Assembly: GCF_009914755.1 (NCBI RefSeq)
Contig: NC_060925.1
DNA: 64,000 nt
From: the human T2T-CHM13v2.0 reference genome, Homo sapiens
Strand: one strand, 5' to 3'
Below, piece by piece: positions 1 through 18,354 of the stretch. Within the stretch, counting starts at the first letter, position 1; the number at the start of each line of letters is the position of its first letter. The translations under genes and the position numbers were made by a program. The notes below the pieces were generated by a model. The model did no database searches. It was not told the DNA's origin and saw nothing but the letters and a program-made list of their open reading frames with translations.

Positions 1-160
1 TATTGCTTTAAATGCTTATTTTAGAAAAGAGAAAGTTTTTAAACCAATGAACAAAATTTCCACCTTAAGAAGCTAGGAAAAGAGAAAATTAAACTGAAAG
101 CAAGCAGAAAAAAATTAGAAAGAGCAGAAATTCATGAAACAGAAAGTAAACACTAAAAAA
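1..160 (+). mobile_element. Old L1 ORF2 fragment
   Basis: A-rich text (caccttaagaagctaggaaaa...aagcaagcagaaaa...agagcagaaat) typical of L1 ORF2. Confidence 0.6.
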
Positions 161-609
161 ATCCATTATTGTTATCTACTAGAAAGAGCCCAAGGTAAGT
201 TATTGTTGCACTAAGAATTCACTAGGAATTAAGTCGAATCAACATAGACTAATGCTTCTATAAATCATTTGATATTCAAAATAATAACCTGTGTTCCAAG
301 ACAATGTACATGAGAAATACAGTTAAATATATTTTCCTAAGCCACTTCTACCCAAATATTATAAAAGGTAAACTTCTCTGAAGATATTCACCTTCATCAA
401 AATTCCAAACACTTTTGACAAACTATGTAACAACTTAGGGCAAATTAAACCAATCCAAGTCTAGCTAAAAAACAATCTAAAAAGTAGTCAGGCCTAAGAA
501 GTCCTAGGAAAGAAACTAGATTATTCAACAGAATTTTGCTCTATATCATAAATATGAAAAGTATTACTGGCTATTAAAGTTAATGATCTAAAAACTGTGT
601 AGCTAACTA

Positions 610-1081
610 AGTCTACTAGTAAGCCCACAATTTCCATCCATCAGCTCCTTCTTCCTCAGTAAATCCCCACATTAGCTGAACACACCTGACCAAATAAAAA
701 CTAGATTTCTCAGCCTCCCCTACAGCTAGCTGTGACCTGTAGCTAGGTATGCCCATGTGACTTAGTTCTAGCCAGTGGGATAAAAGTGAAAGCAGAGTGT
801 GCTCCTTCTAGGAAGTTGTCTTAAAGATAGAGAACCTTCCTTTCTCCTTCCTATTCTTACTTCCTGTTTACTAGAATATGGTTGTGATGGCTGATATTAG
901 AGTAAGCCCTCTTCCACAGATAGCAAAGCATCAAGACAGAAAATGTCTATAAGTTCTGAGGATGGTGGAGTTACCCTAACACCCCTGTAGTGCCTATATA
1001 CACATGAAAGAAAACTAAATTTCTATCTGAAGCCTTTGGTTTTATTTTGTCACTTGTGACCAGTTAATATTAACTGATACA
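610..1081 (+). mobile_element. MLT1-family (ERVL-MaLR) solo LTR
   Basis: MLT1-like motifs (tttctcagcctccc, atgtgacttagttctagcca) and terminal actgataca. Confidence 0.65.
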
Positions 1082-1257
1082 AATTATATCCTTAACCAAT
1101 TAAGAAGGGAGGGGAATTTATATCATTAAAGTTTCAAAAAGGCTGTTTAAGCCTTTAAGACATTAAAACAGCTAAAGATCATCAAGTGAATGATCGAAAA
1201 TTTGATGTAACTAAAACATTGCACACATATTAGTCAAAAACAACATAATATACCAAC

Positions 1258-1383
1258 CTGGGATGTTCTAGTATATTCTTCATACAGCCTATCATACTCT
1301 TTACTCTTCTCCTGATACTGAGAGTGGTATTCTTGCAGTTTTTTACCTACTGCATCAATATTATCTTCTTTTACCAACTGATC
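1258..1383 (-). CDS. PIK3R3: PIK3R3 coding exon (exon 5, 126 nt): N-terminal iSH2 helix
   Basis: ctgtatag|GAT CAG...TCC CAG|gttggt. Translates [42 protein letters not shown], phase 0-0. Confidence 0.98.
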
Positions 1384-1744
1384 CTATACAGGTAAAGAAA
1401 AAAATAAAGAATGTTAACAATTCTGACATATGTGGAAATAGATTTTCCACATCTATTTTTTAAAGGAAAATATCACCTCAACCATCTATTAAACTATATT
1501 TCAACTGTACAACTTTAAGCCACTGTATTAATATCAAGCACACAAATGTACCAAATCCTTTGATAATATTAAGATCAGCCTTTAAGTCACATCAAAATGA
1601 TTAATACTTTAAAAATTAAGAAATGAAGTGGGAGACATAAACATAAGTATTTTTATATAAAGGTAACAAGTACATGCAATAAGATATTACAGAAGGGTAG
1701 CCACAAAATAAGTTCCAAAAATATCTAAAATCTTAAGTATGCAC

Positions 1745-2008
1745 TAGGCGCAATGACTCATGCCTATAATCCCAACACTTTGGGTGGTCAAAGTGAGATG
1801 ACTGCTTGAGCCCAGGAGTTCAAGACTAGCCTGGGCAACATGGCAAGACCCTGAAGTTGTGGCATGCACCTGTGATCCCAGCTACCGGGGAGGCTGAGGC
1901 AGGAGGACCACTTGAGCCCAGAAGGTCAAGACTGCAGTAAGCCATATTCATGCCACTGCAATCCAGCCTGGGCAACAGAGACCCTGTCTCAAAGTAAATA
2001 AATAAATA
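1745..2008 (+). mobile_element. AluJ with internal deletion, antisense to PIK3R3, in the 731-nt intron 4
   Basis: Alu left arm joins the right arm without the A-rich linker. (TAAA)n tail. Confidence 0.9.
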
Positions 2009-2114
2009 ACAAAATGGCTAGTTTTTTAAAACTGATAAGCCTGGTAAATAAAATCAAATAAGGCTGTTAAATAATCACTTGCTCAATAGCTAGCAAGGAT
2101 TTCCATAATCATAC

Positions 2115-2295
2115 CTGTTGGTATCTGGACACTGGGTACATCAGCTTCACATCAAGTTTGGGATTGTACTGAGCAAGAGATTCATGGTGATAGTGGTTAA
2201 TGAGCTCCACCACGGAATTAAATGTCAGAGGATCAGAAAAGCCATATTTACCATCCCGGTGATAGATCTTTATTAACTTATTATTGCCTCCCTTC
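2115..2295 (-). CDS. PIK3R3: PIK3R3 coding exon (exon 4, 181 nt): C-terminal part of nSH2
   Basis: ttcacag|G AAG GGA...CAA CAG|gtatga. Translates (R)[60 protein letters not shown]. Confidence 0.98.
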
Positions 2296-2454
2296 CTGTG
2301 AACAACAAGACAACAACTGTGGATTTTTTTCCCCCAAATTCAACTGAACTACTGCTTTCATATGGAGACGTGAAAGCTTGGTGTCACATGATAAACAAGT
2401 TTTACTATGTTAATGAGGCTGGAAGGAGTGAAAAGGCATGTTATTCTGTGTGTG

Positions 2455-2457
<3 letters not shown>

Positions 2458-2488
<31 letters not shown>
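2458..2488. repeat. (AT)15 microsatellite
   Basis: Directly visible. Confidence 0.95.
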
Positions 2489-2491
<3 letters not shown>

Positions 2492-3494
2492 CATTTTGCA
2501 TTGTTTTGTCCATAAAATACTTTGGTTATTAAAGGTCAACATATCTACACAGCATTCAGTATGAACAAATGTAGCAAAAAAAATCACTTAAGAAAAATAA
2601 AACAGAAGTAAATTCTATTTTTGTTTATATTCTGAATGAATTTTCAAATTTAAATTCTATCAATATTTTTATCAGGAAGAACAGAAAAAATCTCTTAAGG
2701 ACCTAAAGATATGTGGTTGTATGTCTCTGTGGGGGGAGCAGAAGCCATCTCTATATGAAGGGAATGATAAACATTTGTCACACAATCACCAACATACTCA
2801 AGGTTTTGTTGTTAATGCACAAACATAACTGAGCTCCTTAATCTATGATTTATAGCTGCATAATTAATCTAGAACCTTATACTATTTTGTCTTTTACACT
2901 TGCTTATAATTCTCAGAAATGACTGTTCAGGCAATCACAACATGTAAATGATTCAAGTCATTCAACTGTTTTACAAAGTATAGCTTTTGAAGAGCTATGT
3001 ATATTAGATGAATGTAATTTCATGCTTGGACAGTTCAGGCCACCTTTGTTTACTGAGTCATATCTAAATGGACCCTTAAAAGATAATTTATAACTAAAGT
3101 TTAAAATAGCAATGTTTTGCAAGTCCCATAAGGCATAATCTAAAACCACAGCAGGTTGATTCATAGCAAAATGCTGTACCATTCCCATTCAACCATTCTT
3201 ACAGCAGCACGCAGGCTTATGCCCCTAACTCTCTTTATGCCATGCCATTTTATATAAATAGCATTTACATAAATGACCATTTTATATAAATGACCTTTTT
3301 GTAAAAGGTCAAACACAGTAAGATTGACCCTATAAGCTGATTTAAACAATGTTTAGGTCAGTTTTTAGATGGATGATAAATTATTTCTATTAAATATACA
3401 TGAGAAGGACCATCTAATCATATACAGTTACTATAAATGTGTACACTCACACATACAATAATTGCAAGCTGGCCTCTCTGTTAAAGTTAAAAGA

Positions 3495-6050
<2,556 letters not shown>

Positions 6051-6627
6051 GCTAGTCCTCCTTGTATCTCAGCACCTAGTCCAATGCCTGGCAGACAGCA
6101 GATTCTTAAAGATTTGTTAAGTATCCAGATTTTCTACAACAAATACTATTTACCAATTTAAAAAATAAGAGCTATTGAACTGAAAAATCTCTATTTCTTC
6201 ACTACCTACTACTCTCTGCAGTCTGGTTTTACTCTCATTCCTCTCATTTAAGAGTCACCAATGACTTTGAACAAATTCAGACTCTGTCCCCTTCCTTTAT
6301 CCCAGGCCCTCCTTCTCCCTCACTCTCTCCCTTCTTAATATTTCATCCTTCCATAACTTTGATGAAATTATTATTTTCTTTCAACCTCTCAAACCACTCT
6401 TCCTGTCTCCTCCAACCCTAGTTATTCCCTAAAAAAAAATTTTGCCTTCAGCCTCCACCTTTTAAATTTTATATATTTTTTTCCATAAAAATCCCATTTA
6501 TGCATATGGTAGCTTGACTCTTTCTCTGGTCCTGTACTCTCTCCTAAGCATTAAACCTAAATTTCTAGCTATATCCTAGATACATTTTTACCTTGCGGTT
6601 CTGGAGCAGCTAGAAGTCAACATCTAT

Positions 6628-6930
6628 CCCCGCGGTAGCTCACGCCTATAATCCCAGCATTTTGGGAGGCCGAGGCGGGCAGATCACCTGAGGTCAGGAG
6701 TTCAAGACCAACCTGGCCAACATGGTGAAACCCTGCCTCTACCAAAAATACAAAAATTAGCTGGGCGTGGTGGCACACGACTGTAATCCCAGACTCAGGA
6801 GGCTGAGGCAGGAGAATCACTTGAACCTGGGAGGCGGAGGTTGCAATGAGCCAAGATTGCGCGCCATTACACTCTAGCCTGAGCAACAGAGCAAGACTCT
6901 GTCTCCAAAAAAAAAAAAAAAAAAAAAAAA
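6628..6930 (+). mobile_element. AluS with A24 tail
   Basis: Alu dimer, slightly 5'-degraded. Confidence 0.95.
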
Positions 6931-6931
6931 C

Positions 6932-7015
<84 letters not shown>

Positions 7016-7020
7016 CGCGC
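6907..7020. repeat. Compound microsatellite A24-C-(AT)11A-(GA)28-(GC)5
   Basis: Counted directly from the sequence. Confidence 0.95.
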
Positions 7021-7921
7021 CTGATCACAATTTCCCTGCCGAAAAAATGCAGTGGTTCTCCCCACCTACCTACAACATTAAATACATTAAATACAAACTC
7101 CCAAGTTTTGGAATTCAAGGCCCTCTTAAACATGACCCCTTTCCTACCTCCTATCCCCTACCACTTCTTCTTCACAAACTTTATCTTTTAGCCAAACAGG
7201 ACTACATCTCACAGAAAGCAGCTATAAAATCTCACCTCCGTATATTTGCTCCTATTGTTATCTATTCCTGCTACTCCCCTCCCACTTTCTACATGTCCAA
7301 ACCTATCCCCTTCAAGATATTCTGCAAATGTAATCTCTTCTGTGAAGGTCAGTTTTCTACATTCTCTTAACAAAGATATCTCTTTTCCTCCTTTCAGTCA
7401 CCAAAGCATATTTTGTGAAACTCTCCTGCTATTAAACTTTCACTCAAAGCCATTTTCTCATTCCCTTTGTCCTCACTAGATTATACATTCCCAGAGACAA
7501 AAGTTTTAACTCATTGTTAGATACCCGGCAGAGTAATTAGCACTAAGTTGCAACTATTTATTAAATTGAATTAAGATCATCACTCTTCTGCCTTGCAAAA
7601 ATCTATCAAGGCCTAGCTCAACTGTCATTTCCTGCGAGAAACTTTCTCTCTGTCTTTCTCTCATTAATTCTTTCATTCAAACATTTACTCAACACCTATC
7701 AAACACCTACTGTATGTCAGACCTTGTGATAGATACATGAAAACTTTCAAACATTCTTGCTAATGCTATCAAGTGATAAATGGATAAACAAAATGTAGTA
7801 TATACATATAGCAGACTATTATTCAGCCTTAAAAGGAATGAAATTCCACAACTTAGTGTGGGATTAAAACCATTTTCCAGATAAATAAGAAGCATATTCA
7901 CCTATTAAATAAGTATTTATA

Positions 7922-8200
7922 AGCTGGGCATGGTGGCTCATGCCTGTAATCCCAGGACTGGGGAGGCCAAGGTGGGAGGATCACTTGAGACCCTTAGCGT
8001 GAGACCAGCCTGGGCAACATAGTGAGACCTCATCTCTACAAAGAAATTTTTACAAAATTAGCCACCAGGCATGGTGGCACACCCCTGTAGTCTCAGCCAC
8101 TCGGGAGGCTGAGGCAGGAGCCTCAAGGCTTCAGTGAGCTATGATCACATCACTGTACTCTAGCCTGAGTGACAGAGAGAGACCCTGTCTCAAAAATACA
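7922..8200 (+). mobile_element. AluJ followed by (TA)n
   Basis: Diverged Alu dimer. Confidence 0.9.
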
Positions 8201-8825
8201 AATATAAATAAATATATATATATATATATTAGGCATCCATTCTCTAATGCTTACCCAGTATCAGGCACTAATCTAGACACTGGAGATACAGCAATCATTA
8301 AACAAAATCCCCAACCTCAGATAATTTAAATTGTAGTAGGCCAAGACAGACTAGGTGGGAAGGGAGAAGAAAATAGACAGTGAGCTGCCCATACAGTGAA
8401 TTAGTCAATGCCACAGGTCTACATGAGTCAGACTATTCTGACTGTTGCTTTGCTTCTGCTGTCTGTTATGATAACCATGTCCACCTTGCCTTTGTCAAAT
8501 GAGTCCCTTCACTTGGCCTCTGCTACCCTGGAATCCAGTTATTCCCATTGCATTTAAATTTTTCAATTGAGTGACTGCAGTTTCCATTTTAAGGTCCGGC
8601 CTACAGAGAAGGGCAATCATGGCATTTAGGGATGATGGGGTTCTCCTCACAAATCTGTTTCTCAAAGTACTGCTGAAAAGTATGTGATCTGGACTCACCC
8701 AGTGTAAATAAGTAGATTTTAAGTGACAAATCCACTGTAGCAACCCAGTCTCCTGCCTAAGCCTTTGAATCTCTTCCTCTGTGTTAACCAAGGTAGATCA
8801 GACACTTCCAGCTGGCTCACAGTAG

Positions 8826-9182
<357 letters not shown>

Positions 9183-9257
9183 CAACTGTTGCCTTTTCTA
9201 ACTCCCTGAGCCACAATATTAAATGCAGAATGTGTTTGGTGGGCCAAAAACAAATTC

Positions 9258-9567
<310 letters not shown>

Positions 9568-10550
9568 AATAAATTCAGCCTGACTCAACTTTATGTTCCT
9601 TCCACCATTATCTCACACCCTAAATACACCCTAAATATCTATTCCCATACATATTTTCCAGATTTCTCCTTGTATAAATTAGAAACCTCAAGTAGCTTTT
9701 TTACCATGTAGCACATCTCCTCATGAGTAAAACTTTGTACCTCATCTTTAGGGGCTGCTGGGACTCAAGTCTAGCTATAGGTCTAGAAGCAAAGAGGTGT
9801 GGTGGGGGTGGGTCCTGAGAAGACTCAGCATCCTCTGGCTTAGCAGCTGCCTAGAGGAAGGCCATTATGGTTTCCTCAGGCAATGCAGAGTCAATCCCCT
9901 CAGACAAAGGTGGAAAGGCCAGTGTAGGGGGGATGCTGTTACTGGGGGTGGGAGGCCATTTCTGCTGGCAAACAAGACTCATCAGAATTTAGGAGCTCAA
10001 CGTCCCCAGCCTCATCAGGGTCTTCCCACACATCCCCATCCAAACGTATAGAATTCCATCTTTCCCAACCAATGCCCTCATTTTAACAGCAGATACCTTA
10101 CAAGGCTGATATTTCACCTTTGATTGTAATTCAGCTAATCACATGATGAGAGTATGTGTTTGATTTTGTGCAATTTCAGACCTTTGGCAACAGAAGAGAA
10201 GATTCTGACTTAGGGCATATTTAGAAGTTCTTGGGCTATTTATGGCAGAGCTGGGGCCAGGAAATCAAAACCCTGAGCTCACCCTTTTCTTTCATCACTT
10301 CGTCCAGCAATATTAGAAAACCTTGGTTTTCTACAAACGTTTGACAGTATCAAATACAGGGTTGCCAAGTTCCTTGCCTCTTATAGGTGGTAAATTAGAA
10401 GTATCAAATGCAGATATTTAGCATATCGCTATATAAACAGTTCACAGCATGGACTGTCAGTGCTCTCTGTACTATTAGAAGTAGGGTCCTTAGCATTTTT
10501 AAGTCTCATCAAATTAAGAGAGCCAATTCCGGGAACCCCAAAATTAATTA

Positions 10551-11451
<901 letters not shown>

Positions 11452-11909
11452 TATATTAAGGCCATGGGACAGGACAAGCTCACCTTAAGAGAATGAATAC
11501 AGAGAAGAAAAAGAGGCCCAGGTCCCAAGCCCTGGAACACTTAAAATTTAGATATTGAGCAAAATAGCTTAAAGTTAGGAAGAAAATCAGGAAAGTGTGA
11601 CGTCTTAACAGCCAAAACAATAAACTGCTTCTAAGAAGAAGTGTCTATGACCAATGCTGCTAAGAGGTCAAGTAAGGTAAGAAGAGAAAAGTGTTTAGCA
11701 GTCTCCGTGGAGTGGTGGAGACAGAAGCCTGAGTGGAGTAGAGGAAAAATTGTGTTCAATGAATTACTGTAGAACACTGATTAGTCAGCACAATTCAAGT
11801 GCAAAGGTATTAATTTCTTTAGCTCTTTACCAGAAACTAAAATAGTGCCTCCAAATTTATGCCATACTAGCATAAAATGAGGCATTATTTTTCCTAAAGA
11901 TATTAGGCT

Positions 11910-12125
11910 GGAAAGGCAGCAAACAGCCAGATGAATCTGGATTTAAACTCTTCCTCTACCACTTTCTAACTATGTGACTTTAGGCAAGTTCCTTAACCAT
12001 GTTAACCCTTAGTTACCTCATCTATAAAATGGGAATAGTAATAATACCTACCTCATAAGGTTGTTGTGAAGAATAAATGATCTATTGCATGTAAAGGCCT
12101 TAGTACAAGAAAGTTAGTCATTGTT
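11910..12125 (+). mobile_element. MIR
   Basis: MIR core tgtgactttaggcaagtt...ctcatctataaaatggg...aggttgttgtgaag. Confidence 0.85.
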
Positions 12126-12762
12126 ATTGTTACTGTTATTTTCTTTTTGTTAAATATTTCCTTTTTAAAAAAAATCATAAGGCTTTATTGTAACTGGGCT
12201 ACTTTAATTATTAAAATTAAATGTGGAAATTTCTCATGCAGTTTTCTTAACCTTTTAAAAATATGTGCAAATATTAAAAAATCATATATCCATCACTTAA
12301 AAGACTCTAAATATGCCCATATGAAAAGCATGATATACGCTAGGAACTGCTTTATCTTCAGCATATCCTCATCAACCAAAATTATGTTGAGTTCTGCTTT
12401 CTAAAGTCTGCATTAAGGAAGATAATAGGGTTATTCAAAGGATAGATTCATTTTTACCCTTAGAATATGCCCATGACTTCTACTTCCTTTATAAGGTCAA
12501 CAGTATGCTTCCTACTCCCTTACATTTTGGGATTTTAACCTTTTCATTTTCTTTCTACATTTTTTTAAGTTGCCATTTTTATACAAAATGTTTAAATACT
12601 TAATGTATAGAAAAAAGAATTAGCCAGACTGGAAATTATGTACATAAATTAAATGAAAATATGAAAAATTGTATAGATAAAGATTTAAATACAGAAATAT
12701 CTGTATACCCAGAACTAAAATAACATCAGTAGAGAACTAGCCAAAAGACTGAAAAGTACTTA

Positions 12763-12897
<135 letters not shown>

Positions 12898-12909
12898 TCA
12901 ACACTGGTG

Positions 12910-12975
12910 GCTTCGGCAGTAGGTGTGCCTTCTTTACATGTTACTACTAAGGCAGCTTCGGCAGTAGGTGTGCCT
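12910..12975. repeat. Perfect 21-nt direct repeat with 24-nt spacer
   Basis: gcttcggcagtaggtgtgcct at 12910-12930 and 12955-12975. Confidence 0.95.
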
Positions 12976-13504
12976 GAGGTTATAGAATAACGGAGCCATT
13001 TAGAGGTCATTTAGTTCTTCCCTGCATTAAATATGCTCTTTCTGTTTTGATTTTTGGTGTTACGCAATCTACAGAAGAGCTATTTGATTTTTAAACTCTT
13101 CCAGATTTCAAATGTGTGTAAGAGATACTGTTTCCATCAAGCCTTTAAGGGTTTCCTTAGGCAGGTCTGAACTTGTAAAGTTTCAGGAAAAAAACAGTGG
13201 CTGTTTAGAAAGAAGGTTATATTTAAGCAACAGTGGCAGCTGTTTCTGAACAGAAGGGGGAAAATTCACTAAGTTCATAACCTTTCAATAGGATAGTCTC
13301 CTAGTTTGAATTTGTCCCGATAACAAATTCCTTCTGTAGAGTTGATTTAGGACTTTAAGGCACAACACTAGAACACTTAAAGGAAATGGCAGGGCATAAA
13401 AGACCCTTGAATCATATCAGAACCACATGATCTTAAAATTTAAAAAAAGACTTTTATTGTACAATATTAAAATAGAAATATTCTAACCAATTTTAAAATA
13501 AAAT

Positions 13505-13800
<296 letters not shown>

Positions 13801-13829
13801 TTTTTTTAATAAAACATATTAAGTCCTCT

Positions 13830-14370
13830 TCAAAAAGTTAAACACAGAATTACCTACCATATGACCTGGCAATTCCATTCCACTACTGGGTATATACCCA
13901 AAATAACTGAAAGCAGGGACTCAGATATGTGTGCACCAATATTAATTGCAGCATTATTTACAACAGCCATAAATTAGAAACAATCTAAATGTCCAGATGA
14001 ATGGATTAAAAAAATATATAACATATACATATATTAGCCTTAAGAAGGAATGAAATTCTGACACATGCTACAACATGAATGAACCTTGAAGACGTATGAA
14101 GAAAGTGAAATAAGCCAGTCACAAAAGTACAATTATTATATGATTACACTTATGCAAAGTACCTACAATTGAATTCATAAGACAGAAAGCAGAATGGTGG
14201 TTGCCATGAGCTGAGGGAGGGGAGAATGGGGGGTTATTGTTTAATGGGTACAGAATTTCTGTTAGGGAAAATGAAAAAGTTCTGGAGATGGATGGTGATG
14301 ATAGCTGCACAACAATGCAAATGTACTCTTAAAATAGTTGAAATCGTAAGGGTAAAAAAAATTAAATAAA
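13830..14370 (+). mobile_element. L1M (L1MB-like) 3' end
   Basis: catgaatgaaccttgaagac...gtgaaataagccagtcacaaaag...ttgtttaatgggtacagaattt. Confidence 0.85.
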
Positions 14371-14918
14371 TACCATTTTGGTAGAGGAAGAGAACAGAGA
14401 AGAGAAAGGGATAGGTAAGTGTTCTGAGGAATACAGCATCAACCTGGAAACTGATTTGACAGAAATGGATAGGGCTTTAAAAAGAAAATACATCTGAGAC
14501 CCACTAAAGCAAGTTTAACAAGAAAAAAATTTAGTAAGAAAATACAATATTCAAATTAAATGTATATAATTCCCTCTTTAGGTTCAAAATTACCTAAAAC
14601 TACACTTTACCCAGAAAACAAATCTGTCCTAGAGTCCTGTTTATCAAACTGGGGTGTGTAAAGAGACTGCATCAAATTCACCCAGGGAATCTATTAAATG
14701 CAGATTCCTGGGCTCCACCTCAATTGATTTTTGTGCATGCAAAGACTTTGGAACCACTGGCTTAAGAGAAAGAAAGGTACAGAAATGTTAAGTACCCACA
14801 AATATTTTTAATTCTAAAACACATGTAACTATCCTAAATGTCTACATGTCACTTATTTAGAAATCCATCCTCAATATAGTATTAGAAGTAATAATCACAC
14901 CCATAATTTAAAGATTTT

Positions 14919-15806
<888 letters not shown>

Positions 15807-15888
15807 TTAAAATGGTTTACTTTAACTACTAATTCTCAAAAATGACTTTTTAAAAAACTGCATTCAATTACAGTAGCATTCTAGTTAC

Positions 15889-15997
15889 CTTGAAATATCC
15901 CCCCAGTACCATTCTGCATCCTGAAGAGAAACAGAACTGTCCTTCATTCCATTTGGAACTGCTGAAGTCATTGGCTTAGGTGGCTTTGGTGGAAGAG
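15889..15997 (-). CDS. PIK3R3: PIK3R3 coding exon (canonical exon 2, 109 nt): proline-rich motif and start of nSH2
   Basis: Minus strand reads tttctcttctag|CT CTT CCA...TCA AG|gtaact. It translates (A)[35 protein letters not shown](R), matching p55-gamma. Its phase joins the next exon. Confidence 0.98.
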
Positions 15998-16299
15998 CTA
16001 GAAGAGAAATGAATATTACTCTGTAGATGTAAATTATTTACTGTTTTCTAATTTCCTCAGGAGCAGCTCACTAACCAAGGTATGTTAAGATTCTAATAAT
16101 TATCAATCAAATTGAGTATTATTTTATGTTAAATGTTAGCAACAGAAGGAATCCTTTTGATTGCCTAAAAAGTGAAAACGTCAAGATATTTGTTTTTTTC
16201 CTTCTTATGAAACATTGACTTCTAAGTCTGTAAAACTTCATTCACATCTCTCAAAAGACAACATGCAACCCCTTTTCCAAACAACTCAGTCCAAAAGCC

Positions 16300-17900
16300 A
16301 CTAAGTGACCAATGTACAACATGAGGATTATAGTTAATAACATTGTATTATATACTGGTAATCTGCCAAGTGAGTAAATTTTAGGTATTCTTACTACCAA
16401 AAAAAAGGGTAACTATGAAATGATGGGTATGTTATTAATAATTTGCTCAACTGTAATAGAATGAACCCCCTTGTCTTGGACTAGAATTAGAGCTACAGAT
16501 ATCAACTCATGAATTTCAACGTATATAAACATAAATATGTAAATGTCTATACACAGAATACATATATTCCCTAGCTCTGTCCCGAGACAGAGATTCCCTA
16601 ACCCCCGGGCTGCGGACTGGCACTGGTCCACGGCCTGTTAGGAAAAGCGCCACACAGCAGGAAGTGAGCAGTGGGCAAGTGAACATTACTGCCTGAGCTT
16701 CGGCATTAGATTCTCATAGAAGCACAAACCCTACTGTGAACTGCACATGTGAGGGATCGAGGTTGTGTGATCCTTATGAAAATCTAACTAATGCCTGATG
16801 ATCTGAGGTGGTATAGTTTCATCCTGAAACCAATACCCCCAGCCTAACCCCACCCCAGCAATGAAACTGGTCCCTGGTGCCAGAAAGGTTGGGGACTGCT
16901 GCCCTGAGAGGTCCTGGGGGCAACAACACCCCAATATGTACACTGAGCACCTAGACCTTGCTTTCTAATACCATTCTCTACTAAAAGGAACCAGGGCTCT
17001 TTGAAGAAATTGCTGATTCCAGGGACAGAATAGAGCAAGTACCAAATGAGCCTGAACATCATCATGTGCCAAAAAGGAAGGAAGTGCTCAAAGAATGGGA
17101 GAGGCTATGTTAAAAGAACAAAACAGCGAACTGGAAGGGGCTCTCACTGACCAAATCTGGAACAGCTGGCATATCAATACAAATAATAATAGTAAAGAAA
17201 TATAACTCATTAAACAAAATAGGAATATATGTGTTCATGCAGATATAAATAAATAAATAAATAAAAGAAACAAAGATCGATGAGGACCAAGATTACTGTT
17301 ATCTCAATATACTGTCCCACAAAATCCTAACTGCAAAAGGAAAAACAATAATAGTGAAAAAGCCTGGCAAATACCACCTTAATCAAGAATCAAGGTTAAT
17401 ATTAGAAATAATGGCAAAACTGTGGGCCCCAATACAATGCACTAAAAAGGATGTAACATCACTTCTGTGACATTCCTGCCAAATATGTATAAACTGAATC
17501 TAATCATAAAGAAACATCAGACAAACCATGATTGAGGGGTATTCTACAAAATAACTTACCTGTAATCTTCAACAATGTACAGGTCATGAGGGTCAAGGAA
17601 AGACTGAGGAAATGTTTCAGATTGAAGAAGACTAAAGAATCCTGACAATTAAATGCAATGTGTAATTCTGGACTGGATATTTTTTGCTATTAAGGACAAC
17701 ACTGCGACAATGGGCAAAACTTGAATGGGATCTGAGTATGACATAGTAGTAGTACAGCAGTGTTAGTTTTCTGATTTTGATGGTTATATTGTGCTTCTGT
17801 AGGAAAATGTTCTTGTTTGTGGGAAATACACACAACATGGTCATCATATGGCATCACGTTGACAATCTACTTTCAAATGATTCAAAAAAATTATGTTCTT
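16300..17900 (+). mobile_element. Old L1M 3'UTR fragments
   Basis: L1MC/MD-like text (aaaaggaaccagggctc, gaaacatcagacaaac, gtcaaggaaagactgagg). Confidence 0.7.
16588..16901 (+). mobile_element. MER1B-like hAT-Charlie MITE
   Basis: Terminal inverted repeats cagagattccctaacc / ggttggggactgctg. Degenerate 8-bp TSD tcccgaga / ccctgaga. Confidence 0.85.
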
Positions 17901-18024
17901 TGAACTGTACTTGTAACTTTTTTGAGATTGTTTCTTTTTTCTTAATTTAACCAAAAAATTGTAAGCAATCTTGGGGGGAAGGAGAACAATGTGAATATTT
18001 CCCCCCAAAGAGAAGTCCCTTAGT

Positions 18025-18350
<326 letters not shown>

Positions 18351-18354
18351 TTAG

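Noticed and set aside
6846-7370. 174-aa ORF with poly-K/YI/RE runs
   Set aside because: It is open only because it crosses an Alu tail and a microsatellite.
12910-12975. Repeat-spacer-repeat resembling CRISPR; gcttcggcag resembling the U6 snRNA 5' end
   Set aside because: There are only two units in a primate intron with no cas genes. The U6 match is 10 nt and does not extend.
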